In this document: piece after piece, positions 12,874-27,045 of the stretch
How the letters are laid out: every line of letters begins with the position of its first letter
Position numbering within the stretch: position 1 is the first letter of the stretch
Assembly (NCBI RefSeq): GCF_006345805.1
Contig: NC_043012.1
Location: 36,084,001 to 36,148,000, forward strand
Source of the DNA: Octopus sinensis
Taxonomy: Eukaryota
Direction of reading: 5' to 3'
Length of the DNA: 64,000 nt
Position numbers and translations under genes: made by a program
The notes under the pieces: model-generated
Databases searched by the model: none
What the model was told of the DNA's origin: nothing
What the model saw: only the letters and a program-made list of their open reading frames with translations

Positions 12874-15119
12874 CAACCAACCAAACATGATTTTTATTGA
12901 ACTCTATTTCTATTGAAGTCCCGTTCTGATTACTTTCTAAAATATTTTCTCGTAAACTGTTTTTAACATTTTCTTATTATTATCAAAGGATGTATTTCTG
13001 TTTTTAATACTTTTGTGACAACCTAACACAACAAACCTCATACAAAGCTTCTACGTTTTACTTTTGACAATATTTTTCTTAACAAAGTGAAACTGGTCAA
13101 GTGAATAAATATCTTTAACATTGAATTTTCAAACCTTCTTTGATATATATTTCCGCTCGTGCGGAACTTTACAAAAGAATATCACTTAACACAGTTTACC
13201 AAGCATTCGCTAATTGTTTAATTGATTTAGGACTTTGTGCAGACCCAAGCAGACACGATTTAGGATCCTGCGTCGACCCGCTCGGCCCTCCAACCTCGGC
13301 CCGGTGGAATATCGAAAATATAACTAGAAAGAGAGAGAGACAGACAGACAGAGACAGAGAGACAGAGAGGGGAAGGCTGCACCATAAAGAGGCTGGTACT
13401 TCTTTCATTCAGTTGAGTAGACTGAAGATACGAGAAATAAAGAACTTGCTCAAGGACTCAATCCACCGATGTTCAAGGGGTGGAACCCAACACAATGATG
13501 ACCATGCGCTTATTTACACACAACACACACACCAAACACACACACCACACAAACACACACACACACAGCGTTTGTTTGATAGGTATGTGTAGGTGTGTGT
13601 TAATTATATCTTTTCGGCAAATTCCATCGTAACTTAATTTTACTGCAGACATTTTGTTCAATATGTATAATGCGGCGCGCGCACACACACACGCGCGCAC
13701 ACATACACACGCACACACGCACATTCATACACACACACACACATCCACACACACACATTCTCACACACACACACACACACATGCACGAAACAGAACCAAG
13801 TTCTGTTTTAGTTCTTTCTTCTTTCCTCTTCAAAGTCCGTAGATGACATTCCTGCGTATCTCCTCCACCCGATCCACTCCACCACTCCACCCGTATACAC
13901 AACGTGTGTTTAATATTGATGACGGTGTTTATTAACAAGGAACTATTCTCACAGAAGTAGCAGCGGGCTCGGCAGCAGCAGCAGTGAGGGTATTTAGGTG
14001 TGGCTGCTGTCTCGGCCAACTTTTCCTCGCGATGTTTATTAATTAAAAAGCATATTTCTATCAGTCAATTTTTAACATCAAACACCTTTTGTAATGAAAA
14101 ACTAACAAATTAAGCAAAACAAAAATTAGGGAGAGGGGAGAGTGGGGAGAGACGGACAGACAGACAGGGGTGGGGGGGGGAAAGGGCGACAGGGTGAGGA
14201 AGTGGATTAATCAAAGCGCGGTGTTTGAGATTAATGAGAACGGAGATACCCCACAACAACCGCTGAATTATTAGCGCCATCACAGCCACCACTTCAGCAC
14301 GGAGTTCGCACACACCAACCCCTTCACCACATCGCCATCGTCTGCCATAATCAAGGGATCCTTCCAACCCCCGCCCTACACACACACATACATGCGCGCT
14401 CACGCTCACGGCTCCGCCATGTCGTGCCCGCGTGGCTTCAAACGATTGTTGACGCGTGAGGAAGTCAACCTACGTAAATATAATTAGGTTAATGTTTACA
14501 AATTAACTTAACGAACAACCCTCAGAATCATGCAGTGATTCAGGGAATGGGTGGAGTTGGATGGAGCTCAAGTAATTAATCCCCGCATGAAGAGATCGAA
14601 TGATACGACCGGGATCGTTAAGATACCCAAATATAGACGGGTGCCTTTGCTGGTGCCCACACTACCGCAAGCATTCTGATTCGATCTTTCGTTTGAGAAA
14701 AACCTTCTTTTCCATCTACAAATCTTGGAGAACTGAAACAAGGTCAAGGCATTGCTTGCCTTACTGACAAATGGCAGCGCTCCAGTGTCTAAGATTTGGT
14801 TCTACGCTCCTCAAGATCCTGGAGTTCCCGCTCAGTAAGTATAGATGCAGCTTAAGTCCACCAACTTTTCTGTGGTGATACCAACACCGGAATATCAAAT
14901 ATTTAAAAGTAGTGTGAATTTAGATTAGTATGGAGAAATAGATATGTGTTCGATCCCCACGATAATTGGTTTTATTTTTATATAGTCCCTTTTACCCATG
15001 GCACAAAAATCTTGAGATAAAGTGAAGAATTCTCCAATCGTAAAAAGACGATAATGGAACACTTTGAAATTTTCCCTCGGTTTGTGTGGTAATGATATGA
15101 TAACCATCGATGTGGTAGC

Positions 15120-15335
15120 CATCGATAGAGATTTGATCTCAAGAGGGAAATTGAACTCAGAACGTAAAGATCCAGAGCAAAGACAATAAAAGTATTTCGT
15201 CCGACACTCTAACAATTGTGCCAATTCGCCACTCTGGATTCGTACTTTATTTATCGACCCTGGATAGCTAAACGGTAAAGTTGATCTTGGCCTGATTTGA
15301 ACTCAAGGCATTCTAGTCGCACCATTTCGATGCCT
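15120..15335 (-). mobile_element. Degraded SINE family A fragments (two partials)
   Basis: 'ttgaactcagaacgtaaaga...gtatttcgtccgacactctaac' and 'tactttatttatcgaccc...gatttgaactca'. Confidence 0.55.
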
Positions 15336-16621
15336 CCAATCACCAGTCACAACAATAAAAAAAACCCACGAGTCTACTACCTCTACAACTAAACCACCTC
15401 ACCACGGGACACCACCAACACAACCACCTATACAACAACACTACATCACCACCATCGTTACTACAACAATAACCTTCACGACACATCACTACAGCATCTA
15501 CCAATACAGTCACATGACCACTCACTCTCCTATTACCCTCTCCCTTTCTCCTTTCTCATCCTCTCAAAAAACTTCTTTCTCTCTCCTACTTTCTCACTCA
15601 CACTCATCTCGGACCTCTCTCTCATTTCTACACTCTCACTCACCTTATCTCTCTCTCTCTCTCAAACACACACAACACTTGTCCTTTCTCTCTCTTTCTT
15701 TCACCGTCTTTTCTTCGTCTCCCTCTCCTTCCCACTCTCCCTGACAATTCATCTCCTTCTCCTCCTCTTCCTCCTCCATCTCCCTCTAAACTCCTCCCTC
15801 CCTCCCTCCCCTAAACAACAATAACTGAATCTCCTCACCAAATCTTTAGTCATTACTTCCAGATGTTTCTACAAGTTTAGAATAATTGTTTGAGTGGGCG
15901 GGTGGGTAGGGGGATGCGGGCGGGGGTGTGGGTAAAGATGGAAAAAGGGTTGGGTGGGGGTAGGTGGTTCTGGTGATAGTGATAGTGACGGTTGTGATGT
16001 GTTAGTATTGCTAGTGGTGGTGGTTGTGTTAGTGGTGATGGTTGTATTGGTAGAGGTGATAGTAGTGATGGTGTTGGTAGTGGTTGTATTTGTAGTGGTG
16101 GTGGTAGTGGTGATGCTTGTGTGAAAACGGTGGTGGTAGTTGTAGTAGTAGTGGTGGTTGTGGAAATAGTGGTCGTATTTATGGAGGTGGGGAGGATAGT
16201 AGAGGTGACGGTATAGACAGAAGTAGTAGTGTCAGCGGTGGTGGTGGTGGTGGTGGTGGTGTGGTAGATCCTAATAGCGGTGTCACCGTACAAAATTAGT
16301 AACAGTTGGTACCAGTCATATACTTTGGTTCGCTCATTTTACTTTTACTTTTCACTGGTCAGAACTGGTGAAGCACCGGACAAAAATAATTATTTAGTTA
16401 CGGATTTATAAAGAAACATTCAGGGTTCAATTCTATCGTGAGTCGCCTTCGTCCTTTAGCTACCGTAAGTTTTGTAGATTAAGTAACAGCTTGATACTGA
16501 GGACCCGATTTAATAAATTCTCGCCCCTACTTCACTCTCACCAAATGCTCTCTCCCTCCATTTCTCTGATATTGCAACAGCCTTCTGGAAGGTTACTGCA
16601 GCTATTTCTGGGCTCCCATGC

Positions 16622-16790
16622 CATTATCTTGTAAGTCACTCATTAATCTTGTAGATAGCTCATTAATCTGGTCGATCACTTATTAATCTAGCAAATCGCT
16701 CATTAAACTTGTAGGCCACTCGTTAATCTAATAAATCACTCATTAATCTGGTAGTCAGATAGGTCACTCATTAATCTAGTAGGTCACTCA
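16622..16790. repeat. 20-bp minisatellite, 8 copies, consensus CATTAATCT(a/t/g)GTAGGTCACT
   Basis: Units counted directly; one unit carries an 8-bp insertion. Confidence 0.9.
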
Positions 16791-16844
16791 AGAGCTATGG
16801 GTTAGACCCATCTCTTCTGACTAATATCTGCACAGAGATAAAGT

Positions 16845-17150
16845 CCTAAAAGCTTTGGGTGAGGGAGAATCGATTAAGTAGGCCCCAGTATTTTACTGGT
16901 ACTTTATTTTATAGAACCTTGAAAGATGAAAACGAAGCAGGCTTCAACAGGATTTGAACCCAGAACATAAAGAGATGTCAATAAATAATTGCTTCTCACA
17001 TAATGACAGGACAACAAATTTGCGGATAGGAATTAATTGAAGCCAAATATTCGGTGGTGCTTTAACTTGTCGACCTTGGAAAGGAGAAGGACATCGTTGA
17101 CCTCGGCGAGATCTGAAAGCAGAATGAATACTGATAAAGTCATTGTTCAA
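16845..17150 (-). mobile_element. Degraded SINE family A fragments
   Basis: 'cccagtattttactggtactttattt...gatttgaacccagaacataaag' and 'gacctcggcgagatctgaa'. Confidence 0.55.
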
Positions 17151-17176
17151 TTCTCTACCGATTCTTCTACCTAACT

Positions 17177-17305
17177 AATAATAACAATAATAATAATAAT
17201 AATAATAACAACAACAAAACAACAACAACTACAACAACAACAATAATAATAACAACAACAACAACAACAACAACAATAATAATAATAATAATAATAATAA
17301 CGATG

Positions 17306-17344
<39 letters not shown>

Positions 17345-17410
17345 ATAATAATAATAATAATAAATAATAATAATAATAATAATAATAATAGTAATAATGA
17401 TAATAATAAA

Positions 17411-17441
<31 letters not shown>

Positions 17442-17461
17442 TAGTAATAATGATGATAATA

Positions 17462-17519
<58 letters not shown>

Positions 17520-17550
17520 TAATAACAATAATAATACTAATAATAATATT

Positions 17551-17584
<34 letters not shown>

Positions 17585-17604
17585 GCAACAACAATAATAA
17601 TAAT
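17177..17604. repeat. (AAT)n/(AAC)n trinucleotide microsatellite
   Basis: Read directly; source of the poly-L and poly-I ORFs. Confidence 0.97.
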
Positions 17605-17605
17605 A

Positions 17606-18154
17606 GATGCAGTAGCAGGCAGTGGCTCTCATGGCTTCTGATCTTAACTGACTGGAAGTGTTATCATGTACATTGTTTTGTTTTGGTATAAAAGATGGGC
17701 GACAGCAAATATTCTGTTCAATACCACAGATTTGCTTGTCAGTTGTTTGACCGTAACCAGTTGAGCATGTCCCTAAGTGGCTGACGATATGTGCATCTCT
17801 GATCACGAGCAGAAGTAGTGGGGGAGCATCAAAGCCATGTGTTGAGAGGGATTCTTTGGGGTTTGAATAATTCACCTCTGGAAACATGGGTGTTTCGTTC
17901 ATCATCCTAAAGCAACCCTTATTCAGGGACCTTTTGAGCGGGATGAGCTACTCAACCTGAAGAAAATTCTAACTGGGCCCCACCGGCAAAGTCATGCGCT
18001 GTTTATCTTGATATGAGATCACCATGTCGCGCACATATTGTTGTGATGCATATGCCTGGTGTACCTTTATCAGACGGGTAGTCATGAAGGGTATACTGGG
18101 CTTCGTATATTCTACCCCAGTATCACTTTGATGGCATGCACTGCTCTCTCACTC
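17606..18154 (+). mobile_element. Probable 5'-truncated LINE 3' end embedded in (TAA)n, Dong/R4-like
   Basis: A 550-bp complex block flanked on both sides by (AAT)n and ending 'ctctctcactc-aataataat'. Dong (R4 clade) elements are known to target TAA repeats. No coding motif seen, so the clade is inference. Confidence 0.45.
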
Positions 18155-18192
<38 letters not shown>

Positions 18193-18213
18193 TGATGATA
18201 ATAATAATGATAC

Positions 18214-18276
<63 letters not shown>

Positions 18277-18322
18277 TAATAATAATAATAATAATGATGA
18301 TGATGAGAACTGTTGCTAACAT

Positions 18323-18510
18323 AGACACAGGGCTGGAAATTTTGAGGAAATGGGGTAATCAATAAAATTGACCCACATCTTGACTGCTGCTTTATATATC
18401 ATTGGCCCCGGAAGGATGAAAGGTAAAGTTAATCTCGGCGGGATTTGAACTCAGAACGTGAAAGACCACAACAAAATACCGTAATACATATTCTCCGATG
18501 CTCTGCAGAT
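18323..18510 (-). mobile_element. SINE family A, diverged
   Basis: 'ggaaggatgaaaggtaaagttaatctcggcgggatttgaactcagaacgt'. Confidence 0.65.
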
Positions 18511-18853
18511 TATTCCCATTAACTACCAATAAATAAATACATAAATAAATAATAAAGTCTCACATCTGAATGTTGAGTTTTCATTATTTGTTGTTTCACC
18601 CCAGTCTCTGGGCCACAGATATGCTGTACCTCTCGTTGCATTTTCTACCGCTACTATAACGCCCTCTGTTCCACGAAACTAGCTGAAATCACCCAGAAAT
18701 CCCTAACTCACTCGTTTCTCCACCTCTCCTGCCTCACCCTTGGTGCGTCCGATCCTCTCCCCGTCCCCGCACAACCCCCTTCAAATTTCCTGGAATCTCC
18801 CTCTTCTCATGTCTTTCTCGTAGGTGTTGGCCGGCTACAGTTTACACAGAACA

Positions 18854-19063
18854 TTCTTTTCTACTCTAGGCACAAGGCCTAAAATTTCAGTGGGAGGGGG
18901 CCAGTCGATTATATCAACCCCAGTACGCAACTGGTACTTAATTTATCGATCCCGAAAGGATGAAAGGCAAGGTCAACCTCGGCGGAATTTGAACTCAGAA
19001 TGTAGCGGCAGACGAAATACTGCTAAGCATTTCGCCCGGCGCGCTAACGTTTCTGCCAGCTCG
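18854..19063 (-). mobile_element. SINE family A, full copy with 'gaaattttaggccttgtgcctagagtag' tail type
   Basis: Head and body nearly identical to 6411-6630, but the 3' tail differs. Confidence 0.85.
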
Positions 19064-19305
19064 CAGAATATTTACACAGATTATTAACAGCACAAACCTC
19101 ATCGGTCTTGCAAAACCTATAAAGATCTTAGGCCCTGCTTCTTCCACCAGGCTCAACAACCAAAGAAACATCTTCATTTCTAAATATTTTTAACATATTG
19201 AAAGAGGTTCTTTCTGCTTTTGATATATTCCAACCTGACCCCTAAACCTGACACCCACCATACAAGCCTTTCTCACCCTAGTAAAATTTAATTTAGGTTT
19301 CATTT

Positions 19306-19539
19306 TTTTTATCGTTTGAATCATTAGACTGCCGCCATGCTGGGGCACTGCCTTGAAGAATTTTTTTTAGCTGAATGAACTGATACCAGTATTTTTTATT
19401 TAAGCGCGGTACTCATTCTATCGGTATCTTTTGCTGAACCGCTAAGTTATGGGGACGTAAACACAGCAACATCGGTTGTCAAGCTGTAATGAGAGACAAA
19501 CACATACACACACACGCACACAACACACACACACACACT

Positions 19540-19621
<82 letters not shown>

Positions 19622-19748
19622 CGACGGGCTTCTTTCAGTTTCCGTCCACTAAATCTACACACAAGGCTATAGTAGAGGACATTACTCCAAGGTGCCATGC
19701 AGTGGTACTGGAAGGCAAAGTTCTTACCATGCAGCCACTCCTGCGCCA
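19306..19748 (-). mobile_element. SINE family B, full length
   Basis: Head 'cagccactcctgcgcc' (reverse complement of ggcgcaggagtggctg), internal CA/TA tract, 3' 'gactgccgccatgctggggcac'. Confidence 0.82.
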
Positions 19749-21094
19749 GTATGGCCATCATTTATCACAAAGTCAGCCCCTGCATGTGTTAAAACAAGGC
19801 GACATCTTTTATTAAATTTTATATATACACATATGTGTGTGTGTGTATGTGTGTGTGTGTGTGTAAGTATATGTATACATATACATGTGTGTATTTATAT
19901 GTATGTATGTACATATACATCACGATTGTTTCACGTGCCTACTATTATGTGTGTGTGTGTATATGTATGTATGTGTGTCTACAAGAATTCAGCCTTATTT
20001 CTCACACAGCACACCACCTCTTCACACGTCCCACCTAAATGTGGTGATTCAAGTGTTTGTTAACAACAACAACAACAACAACAATGATGGTGATGATGAT
20101 GTGCTCCGCTGCTCCACCCCGGATCATATTCTATGTCAAAAATCTATAAATGACAAACATATTTACTGATTTGTTACATCAAAATCCGCCGTTAACCCTC
20201 CAGCCTCGCTAATTAACGTTTGAGCATGTCAACTTGGCCGGGACACAAGCATTCGTGAAAATTAATATTTTCAAAGCGAGCGTTCACACATTCTTGTTTT
20301 TTTTTACAAAATAATATAACCAGGGTGCTTAAGGGCGGGTATGGGGCGGTGTTCAACCGGTAAATACATTCAACTTCATCTTTCAAGTATGAGCCTTTGA
20401 TTATCTGCTGAGACCCGCCTTAAAAAAAGTGTGCGTGTGGGGGGGAAATTAAACAGAAGCTTAGCACCCTTCAATTTTAAGAGCCCTTCTTATCCTGGGC
20501 CCCCAAAGGAGTCTAGTCTCGTTTTGCTAAATTTCTTTCGAAGGGCCAAGGCATGCCATTCAGACTGATTCCTTGATGGCGCATGTGTGGGTCAGAGGCT
20601 GGAGTGTGAGAGTAACTTTATGCCGAACAGTCGAGTGCGCCATTTCTGGATGGAGTGCAGGATGAGTGTGTGTGTGTGCATCAGAAGTGCTGTCCTAGAT
20701 CCGAGAGCAAAGCTCCAGTGTGGGCTTTCGCTGAGTTCTATAGAGCACCAGTGAAGTTGGGGGAATAAAGTACCGTCTGGTTCTGAAGATTAGGGTCAGT
20801 CATTGAGATTTTTTAGCCTAGCTAGATTAAGGATGTGCTTTCGGCGAAAGGGATCTTTTGTGATAGGGAACCCCAACAAGTGAGGTGATTCTGAGGGACT
20901 TTGTTGGATGAACGGGGTTCTGGTGATGTTTTCTTGATTTGTGGGGCGTTTAACATTTCGTTCTGTTGAAAAACACATCATCATCACCACCACCACCACC
21001 ACCACCACCACCACCACCACCACCACTACCACCACACCACCACCATCATCATCATCATCTTCATCATCATCATCGCTGACACCATCATAATCGC

Positions 21095-21125
<31 letters not shown>

Positions 21126-21438
21126 CTGTATAGCAGTGATAATATCTCATCTTGTTGTGGATGTCTCTACTTGGTGAGGTGGTGATGACGTTTGGAACTT
21201 GGAAGATAGAACAGCGTCTGCGGAATTGGTAATTGGCATTTGAAATGGGGTTTACAGATTGTTGATTGTGTGTGTGTGTGTGTGTGTGTGTGAAAATAAC
21301 TATATTGCAAATATAAATATGAATGTATTAAAACAAAACCACTGACACAAATACATTGCTGCTGTGTTTATATTATTATATACATCGACTGTATGTGTAA
21401 ATATACATGAGATAATACGCTGATGGCATATCTCTATT

Positions 21439-21502
<64 letters not shown>

Positions 21503-21616
21503 GTAACTGAAAAAATCCTGGAAGTACGTATAATAATTCTGCTGGCGAGCACAGGGTGAATTCTGAAGGGGGCGAGCTTTATACGGTACTTGTTCTTAAC
21601 AGAATCTAATCTACCA

Positions 21617-21652
<36 letters not shown>

Positions 21653-21718
21653 CATACATACATATATCGTTATATATATGTACATACAATGTTGTGTGGT
21701 AATATAATATATATATGT

Positions 21719-21754
<36 letters not shown>

Positions 21755-21866
21755 GAGCATATATATATTACACAAGATTTACATATATACATATATATAT
21801 TATATATGTATATTCCATATTCCATCTTTCATTTGCTATATATATATAGACTTATATAAATATATA

Positions 21867-21958
<92 letters not shown>

Positions 21959-22714
21959 GCATTTATACACTGACACAGACGTATATGTTACTTACATATT
22001 ATGTTTACGTGCAGTGATATACATATCTGTAAATGCGTATGTGAGAATATATATGTGTGTGTTTATGCGTGTGTGTGTGCGTGTGTGTATGGGTGCGTTT
22101 GTGCGCGTGCGCGCATGCATGCGACAGTGTCACTTATATTTTTGGTAGCGAGAAACATGAAGTGTCAGAGACTTTCGAAGAATATCGTCGTAATATCTGA
22201 AGCTGTTTTCCCCTCAGAGATATTCTTGAATGGTTTGATCTACCTTCGCAGGCACCGAGGGGCGTCTTAATAAGTGTCTACACCCTCATAAGACAACAGA
22301 AACCCGCTGGGCCGAGGGTTGAACTATTTATGAAGCTCCGACAGACGATGTGGGCTGGAAGTTCCTCCAGCCCCCAACGGGGACACTTGGGTGTGTTTAT
22401 ATCATATTGATGTATACACATATTTATATAGTTTTATATACACACTAATACATACACGTACACACATGCATATACATACATACATACATATACATACATG
22501 CATATATATATATATATACACACATATATCTATATATTTATGCATACATATATACATATATATACACATATATATATATGTATATACATATATACACATA
22601 CAGACATATGTATATATATACAAACATACATATATATATATACACATATATATGTATGTATGTATGTATATATGCATATACATATGTCTGTATGTGTATA
22701 TATGTATATATGTA

Positions 22715-22754
<40 letters not shown>

Positions 22755-23464
22755 GTTTACACACACACACAGGTTATATATATAAATTCTTTATCTATAA
22801 ATGAATATACATATATATATATATATATATTTACATGCTTATATACATATATATATATATTTATATATACATGTACACGTATAAAAATGGCTACAATGTA
22901 TATTTACACACATACACTAATATGTATGGAATCTAATGTGTGTGTGTGCGTGTGTGTGTGCGCGCGCTTGTTCCTTGCAGTCAGACATTCATAGAAGTGA
23001 ACGGACATGTGAAGCCTTCGTCAGCAAAACTTCAAACACAATTGTATGGATGCATTTTCTGTTTCTATATATTGTTACGAAGTATTCTGATGATACACGG
23101 AAACAGTCGAAATATCACGAACGAAAATCTGTTCGATAAGCTCTGTAGAAAAAACTTTGCTCAGAGCCCCAAACACAGAACCCAGCGTTAAAGATATTAT
23201 ATCAGGTTTATAATATTAACTGAAAGTATCTATTTGCTATAATAATTACTGGAATAAATATTTCAAAGCTGTAGTCGGAAGTATTTCTGTTGTTCAGAGC
23301 GAATAACGAGGGACCTGATCGGAAAGAAAGAAATATTAAGTTGTGTGCCATAATATAATAATATTTGAACGATGTATTGCAAATGGAGGCTCCATCGAAC
23401 AACTTATGGGAAAAAGATTGATTGTATTTTCACGTCATTTCGTATTAGCTGTCCATGTATACAT

Positions 23465-23498
<34 letters not shown>

Positions 23499-23801
23499 TC
23501 ACACACACATGTATATATATATTTATAATATTAGGGAGTATAACTCTAAACTTACTGGGAAAAATTCAATTTAGTATTAAATAAAATTTCACAATATAAA
23601 TATATAATATATATAAATAAAAAAACACTATTATGTATTTCAAACGATGATAGACATAAACCATATCATATAGAAAAAAATAAAATATATTATAAAATAT
23701 ATATCTAGATCTAATATATCATATTTTTTCTTTAAGATATGGTTTATATCTATCATTGTTTGAACTACATAATAGTGGTTTTTCTCTAATTTATATATAT
23801 A

Positions 23802-23835
<34 letters not shown>

Positions 23836-23929
23836 ACATATATATATATAATATGCATATATACATACGTATATGTACATACTTACATATATATGTATAT
23901 ACCTATGCTTATATGGGTACAGGACGTCA

Positions 23930-24180
23930 TAAAACGTAAACATGAAATACGAAATACGAAAACATGGAATACGAAATTTATTTGCGAACAACGAAAGAAA
24001 CAAATGGAAGACAAGACAAGTAACATAAAGAACGACCCTTCATCAGTTGTCGGCTTTCTTATCTGCTCCACATTTCGAGCAATTACAAGATGTGCCTTCG
24101 AGAAAACAGTGGCAAGGTACAAAATCACGGTGGTGTTCCAGCATGACCGTTGTCGCATGGCTGGAACGTATAAAACACTA
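23930..24180. repeat. Penelope-like-derived non-autonomous repeat related to 12505-12830
   Basis: Shared end motifs; flanked by TA/TG microsatellite; partial 'cccttcatcag' and 'catttcgagc' motifs. Confidence 0.4.
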
Positions 24181-24205
24181 TATATAAATATGTATAGATG
24201 TGTGT

Positions 24206-24248
<43 letters not shown>

Positions 24249-26112
24249 AGCTCTAATCAATGGCCTAAGAGCTGAGTGTTTAGTGCAAACACACTTAGTC
24301 AAAATAAGAGCGATTGTTCTGCCCTATCAACCCTCGACTCCCTGAATGAAGCTCTCAGTCTCAACGAAATAATATGAGACACTCTGCTTTATGTATTGAG
24401 TTCTATTTCTCGATTTTGAATAAACAATCCAACCTAGATATGTATATTTAGATCTCAAATATAAGATGGCTAGTTTTATCTAATGTTGATTGCATCCGTT
24501 ACAGTCGCATATTGTGATTAACTACATCTTCTAACATTATGATGGATTTCCGAGGCCCCCGAAACAGCTGTTGGACTTATAACACCTCTCTACCACCCCT
24601 TTAATTTTCTCTGTCGTTTGCACTCTGTGTACGTTGAACCTGTTAATATAAATATCTCTATATTTAGACTTTAAAATTCATCGTTCGAAAGTTCCCACCT
24701 TTTACTCTCTCTCGTTTTGCATGTATACATATGCACATATTTTGTATTTCATGCCCGAACTGTTATATCAAATATATCTAATTTGTTTATCTGCATAATT
24801 ACCTCTCTCTCGCTCCCTCTCCCCCTCTCTCTCTCTCTCTCTGTATATGTGTGTGTGTGTTAGTGTTTGTATGTTATACATGTATCTGTAAATACGCGCA
24901 TAATGTATATCAATATGTTTACATGTATATAGATATCTGTATAAAAAATGTGTGTATAAACATGTATGTAGGCTTGACATACATATACGTTTCTAGTATA
25001 ATACGATAGTGAGAAACGTAGACACGTGGCAAGGTCACCGAGGAAGATATCAAACCGTATGTGAGCTGAGAAACATTTCCAAATATGTGGGAAGTGGTAA
25101 ACGAAAGGAAACGTGTAGTTCTGCAACAAACGGATAAAGTTCTGAAATTTTTTCTTTTTATTTACAAAGATAACTCAAGTTTCAAAATTAGTCAATGAAA
25201 ATTATTTCAAGAACAACTTAGCAAATGGGTTTTATGCATTAATGCTGGAGAAAAAAATATATATTTCTCGTGAAAACAATATTTTATGTGCAAAATAATA
25301 TTTAGAGCTTAAAAGGGTGTCGGCAAAACTGGTTATCTTTCCTTGAGTATTGATACTTGTACGTACAGGGTATACTTCAATTTGTTTGGTACAGCAAAGA
25401 TTGCTTATACGAAACATACTGATTGGAATGCATAAATACACACACATACAATACACACGCACACTACACCACACCACACGTACAAACACACGTGCACACG
25501 CTTATATATATGTTTGTGTATGCACCGACCTCCTAGAGGCCAGATATATTTACCAGACATATGGACCTGGACAAATTTCTATTATCTTACTGGCGGACGC
25601 CTACCCAACTGGATTAGACAAACTCTTGAACAAATATGAGCCTTTCTCTCATTCAACAGACCCCACTACTTGTAGATTCTAACATCCTCTCGATGACACC
25701 TATTCCCAAGATAAAACACTCAACATTAACAATATTCTTCCAGCTGAAGTAGGAGATTTTTCTGGCACATGCAACCAGTTTGTCTTGTTTAAAGTGATAT
25801 AACTTAGCTTCAAGAAAGAAATTATCCTAATTTCCTTTTGAATATATGTATTTTCTTATATTTTCCCATTGAGTAGCCATGTTATACAAGCTCGAATGAT
25901 TGCCGGCTGGCACACGATACGCCTTATATGAGCACATTACAATATTGCACTTTCCAAGCAAGAAACTTGGGATAACTCACGTAAAACTCCAGCCTGTATT
26001 CATTGAATTATATATACAATTGAATAAGTCCCAACATGAGCGCTAGTAGAGAAAGTTACGAAATATATGTTTGTGGGTTTGTATGTGCATATATATAAAT
26101 ATATAAAGTGCA

Positions 26113-26151
<39 letters not shown>

Positions 26152-26254
26152 GCACACATACACACGCACACCACACACACACATACATACACACACACCT
26201 ACACACCCACACACCACACACACACACACACCACACACACAATATATATATTAT

Positions 26255-26285
<31 letters not shown>

Positions 26286-26723
26286 TATATAGACAGACCA
26301 CACACACACTTGTGAGCTTGTAAAATGTCCATTATATTTTTTGAAATTGGGTCGTGTAGGCGAATTTCACTTTAAATAAATGTTATTTTTACTTTGAAAA
26401 TGAAAAAAAGAATCGCAAGTCGGTCATCAATCTGTCATATGTCGTCAATCTGTTTAGGTTTCCTTCATTTAGACTCATTTTTCTAACAAATTTCCTCTGA
26501 CATATCGTCAGAACACCAATATCCTTAATTCAACTTCCATTCTGAAGTATTTCTTCGCATTCTTTAATCATTCGCCATCAGGTTTTTAGCTATCGTCTGC
26601 ACTTCTTTCACTCTTTCTCTTCTCAACGCCGACCTGACATTAAGTAGTCAAGTAAACTTTTAAGAATGCCTTCCGCCATTGCATGCTTTACACATCCTCT
26701 TCATACATCCTACTCTTTATACA

Positions 26724-26754
<31 letters not shown>

Positions 26755-26961
26755 TATTGTTACATATACATTGGAAGCTTAGCTGAATAGATCGTGCCTT
26801 ACATAAACAGATAATGAAAAGCAATTGTGATATATAAAACAATATTGTTTAATGAAATTCCAGATTTTTCAAAGTAAATTTAGTCATTTCAGCAACAAAC
26901 GGATAAAGTTCTAAAAGTTGTTGCGCAATTGCATTTTCAATTTTTTTTCTTTTTTTTTTTT

Positions 26962-27045
26962 AAGGCGGCGTTCTGGGTTCAAATTCCGCCGATGTCGATA
27001 ACATAAGTACCTGTTGAACACTGGAGTCGATGTAAATTTCAGGAC
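26962..27045 (+). mobile_element. SINE family A, internally deleted
   Basis: 'aaggcggcg-ttctgggttcaaattccgccga...taagtacctgttgaacactggagtcgatgtaa'. Confidence 0.6.

Noticed and set aside
13600-14019. Cys-rich ORF MAETAATPKYPHCCCCRARCYFC
   Set aside because: Cysteine run comes from a (GCA)n triplet and the ORF ends in a TG microsatellite; no family match.
14740-14850. Frame KIWFYAPQDPGVPA ending at a phase-2 gtaagt donor as the missing Reeler exon, or MAALQCLRFG as a first exon
   Set aside because: Lacks the conserved W.AP...GC pattern, has an upstream stop without an acceptor, and the ATG frame is a poor signal peptide.
22980-23042. Candidate exon after ttgttccttgcag ([21 protein letters not shown])
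   Set aside because: No convincing Reeler match; weak donor; phase does not fit exon 56674.
23080-23135. CTGATGA...GAAA hammerhead-like motif
   Set aside because: Stem II and stem I do not pair; no valid NUH.
26400-26720. Possible RTE-type LINE remnant on the - strand
   Set aside because: Only a vague K.RMY-like resemblance in broken frames.
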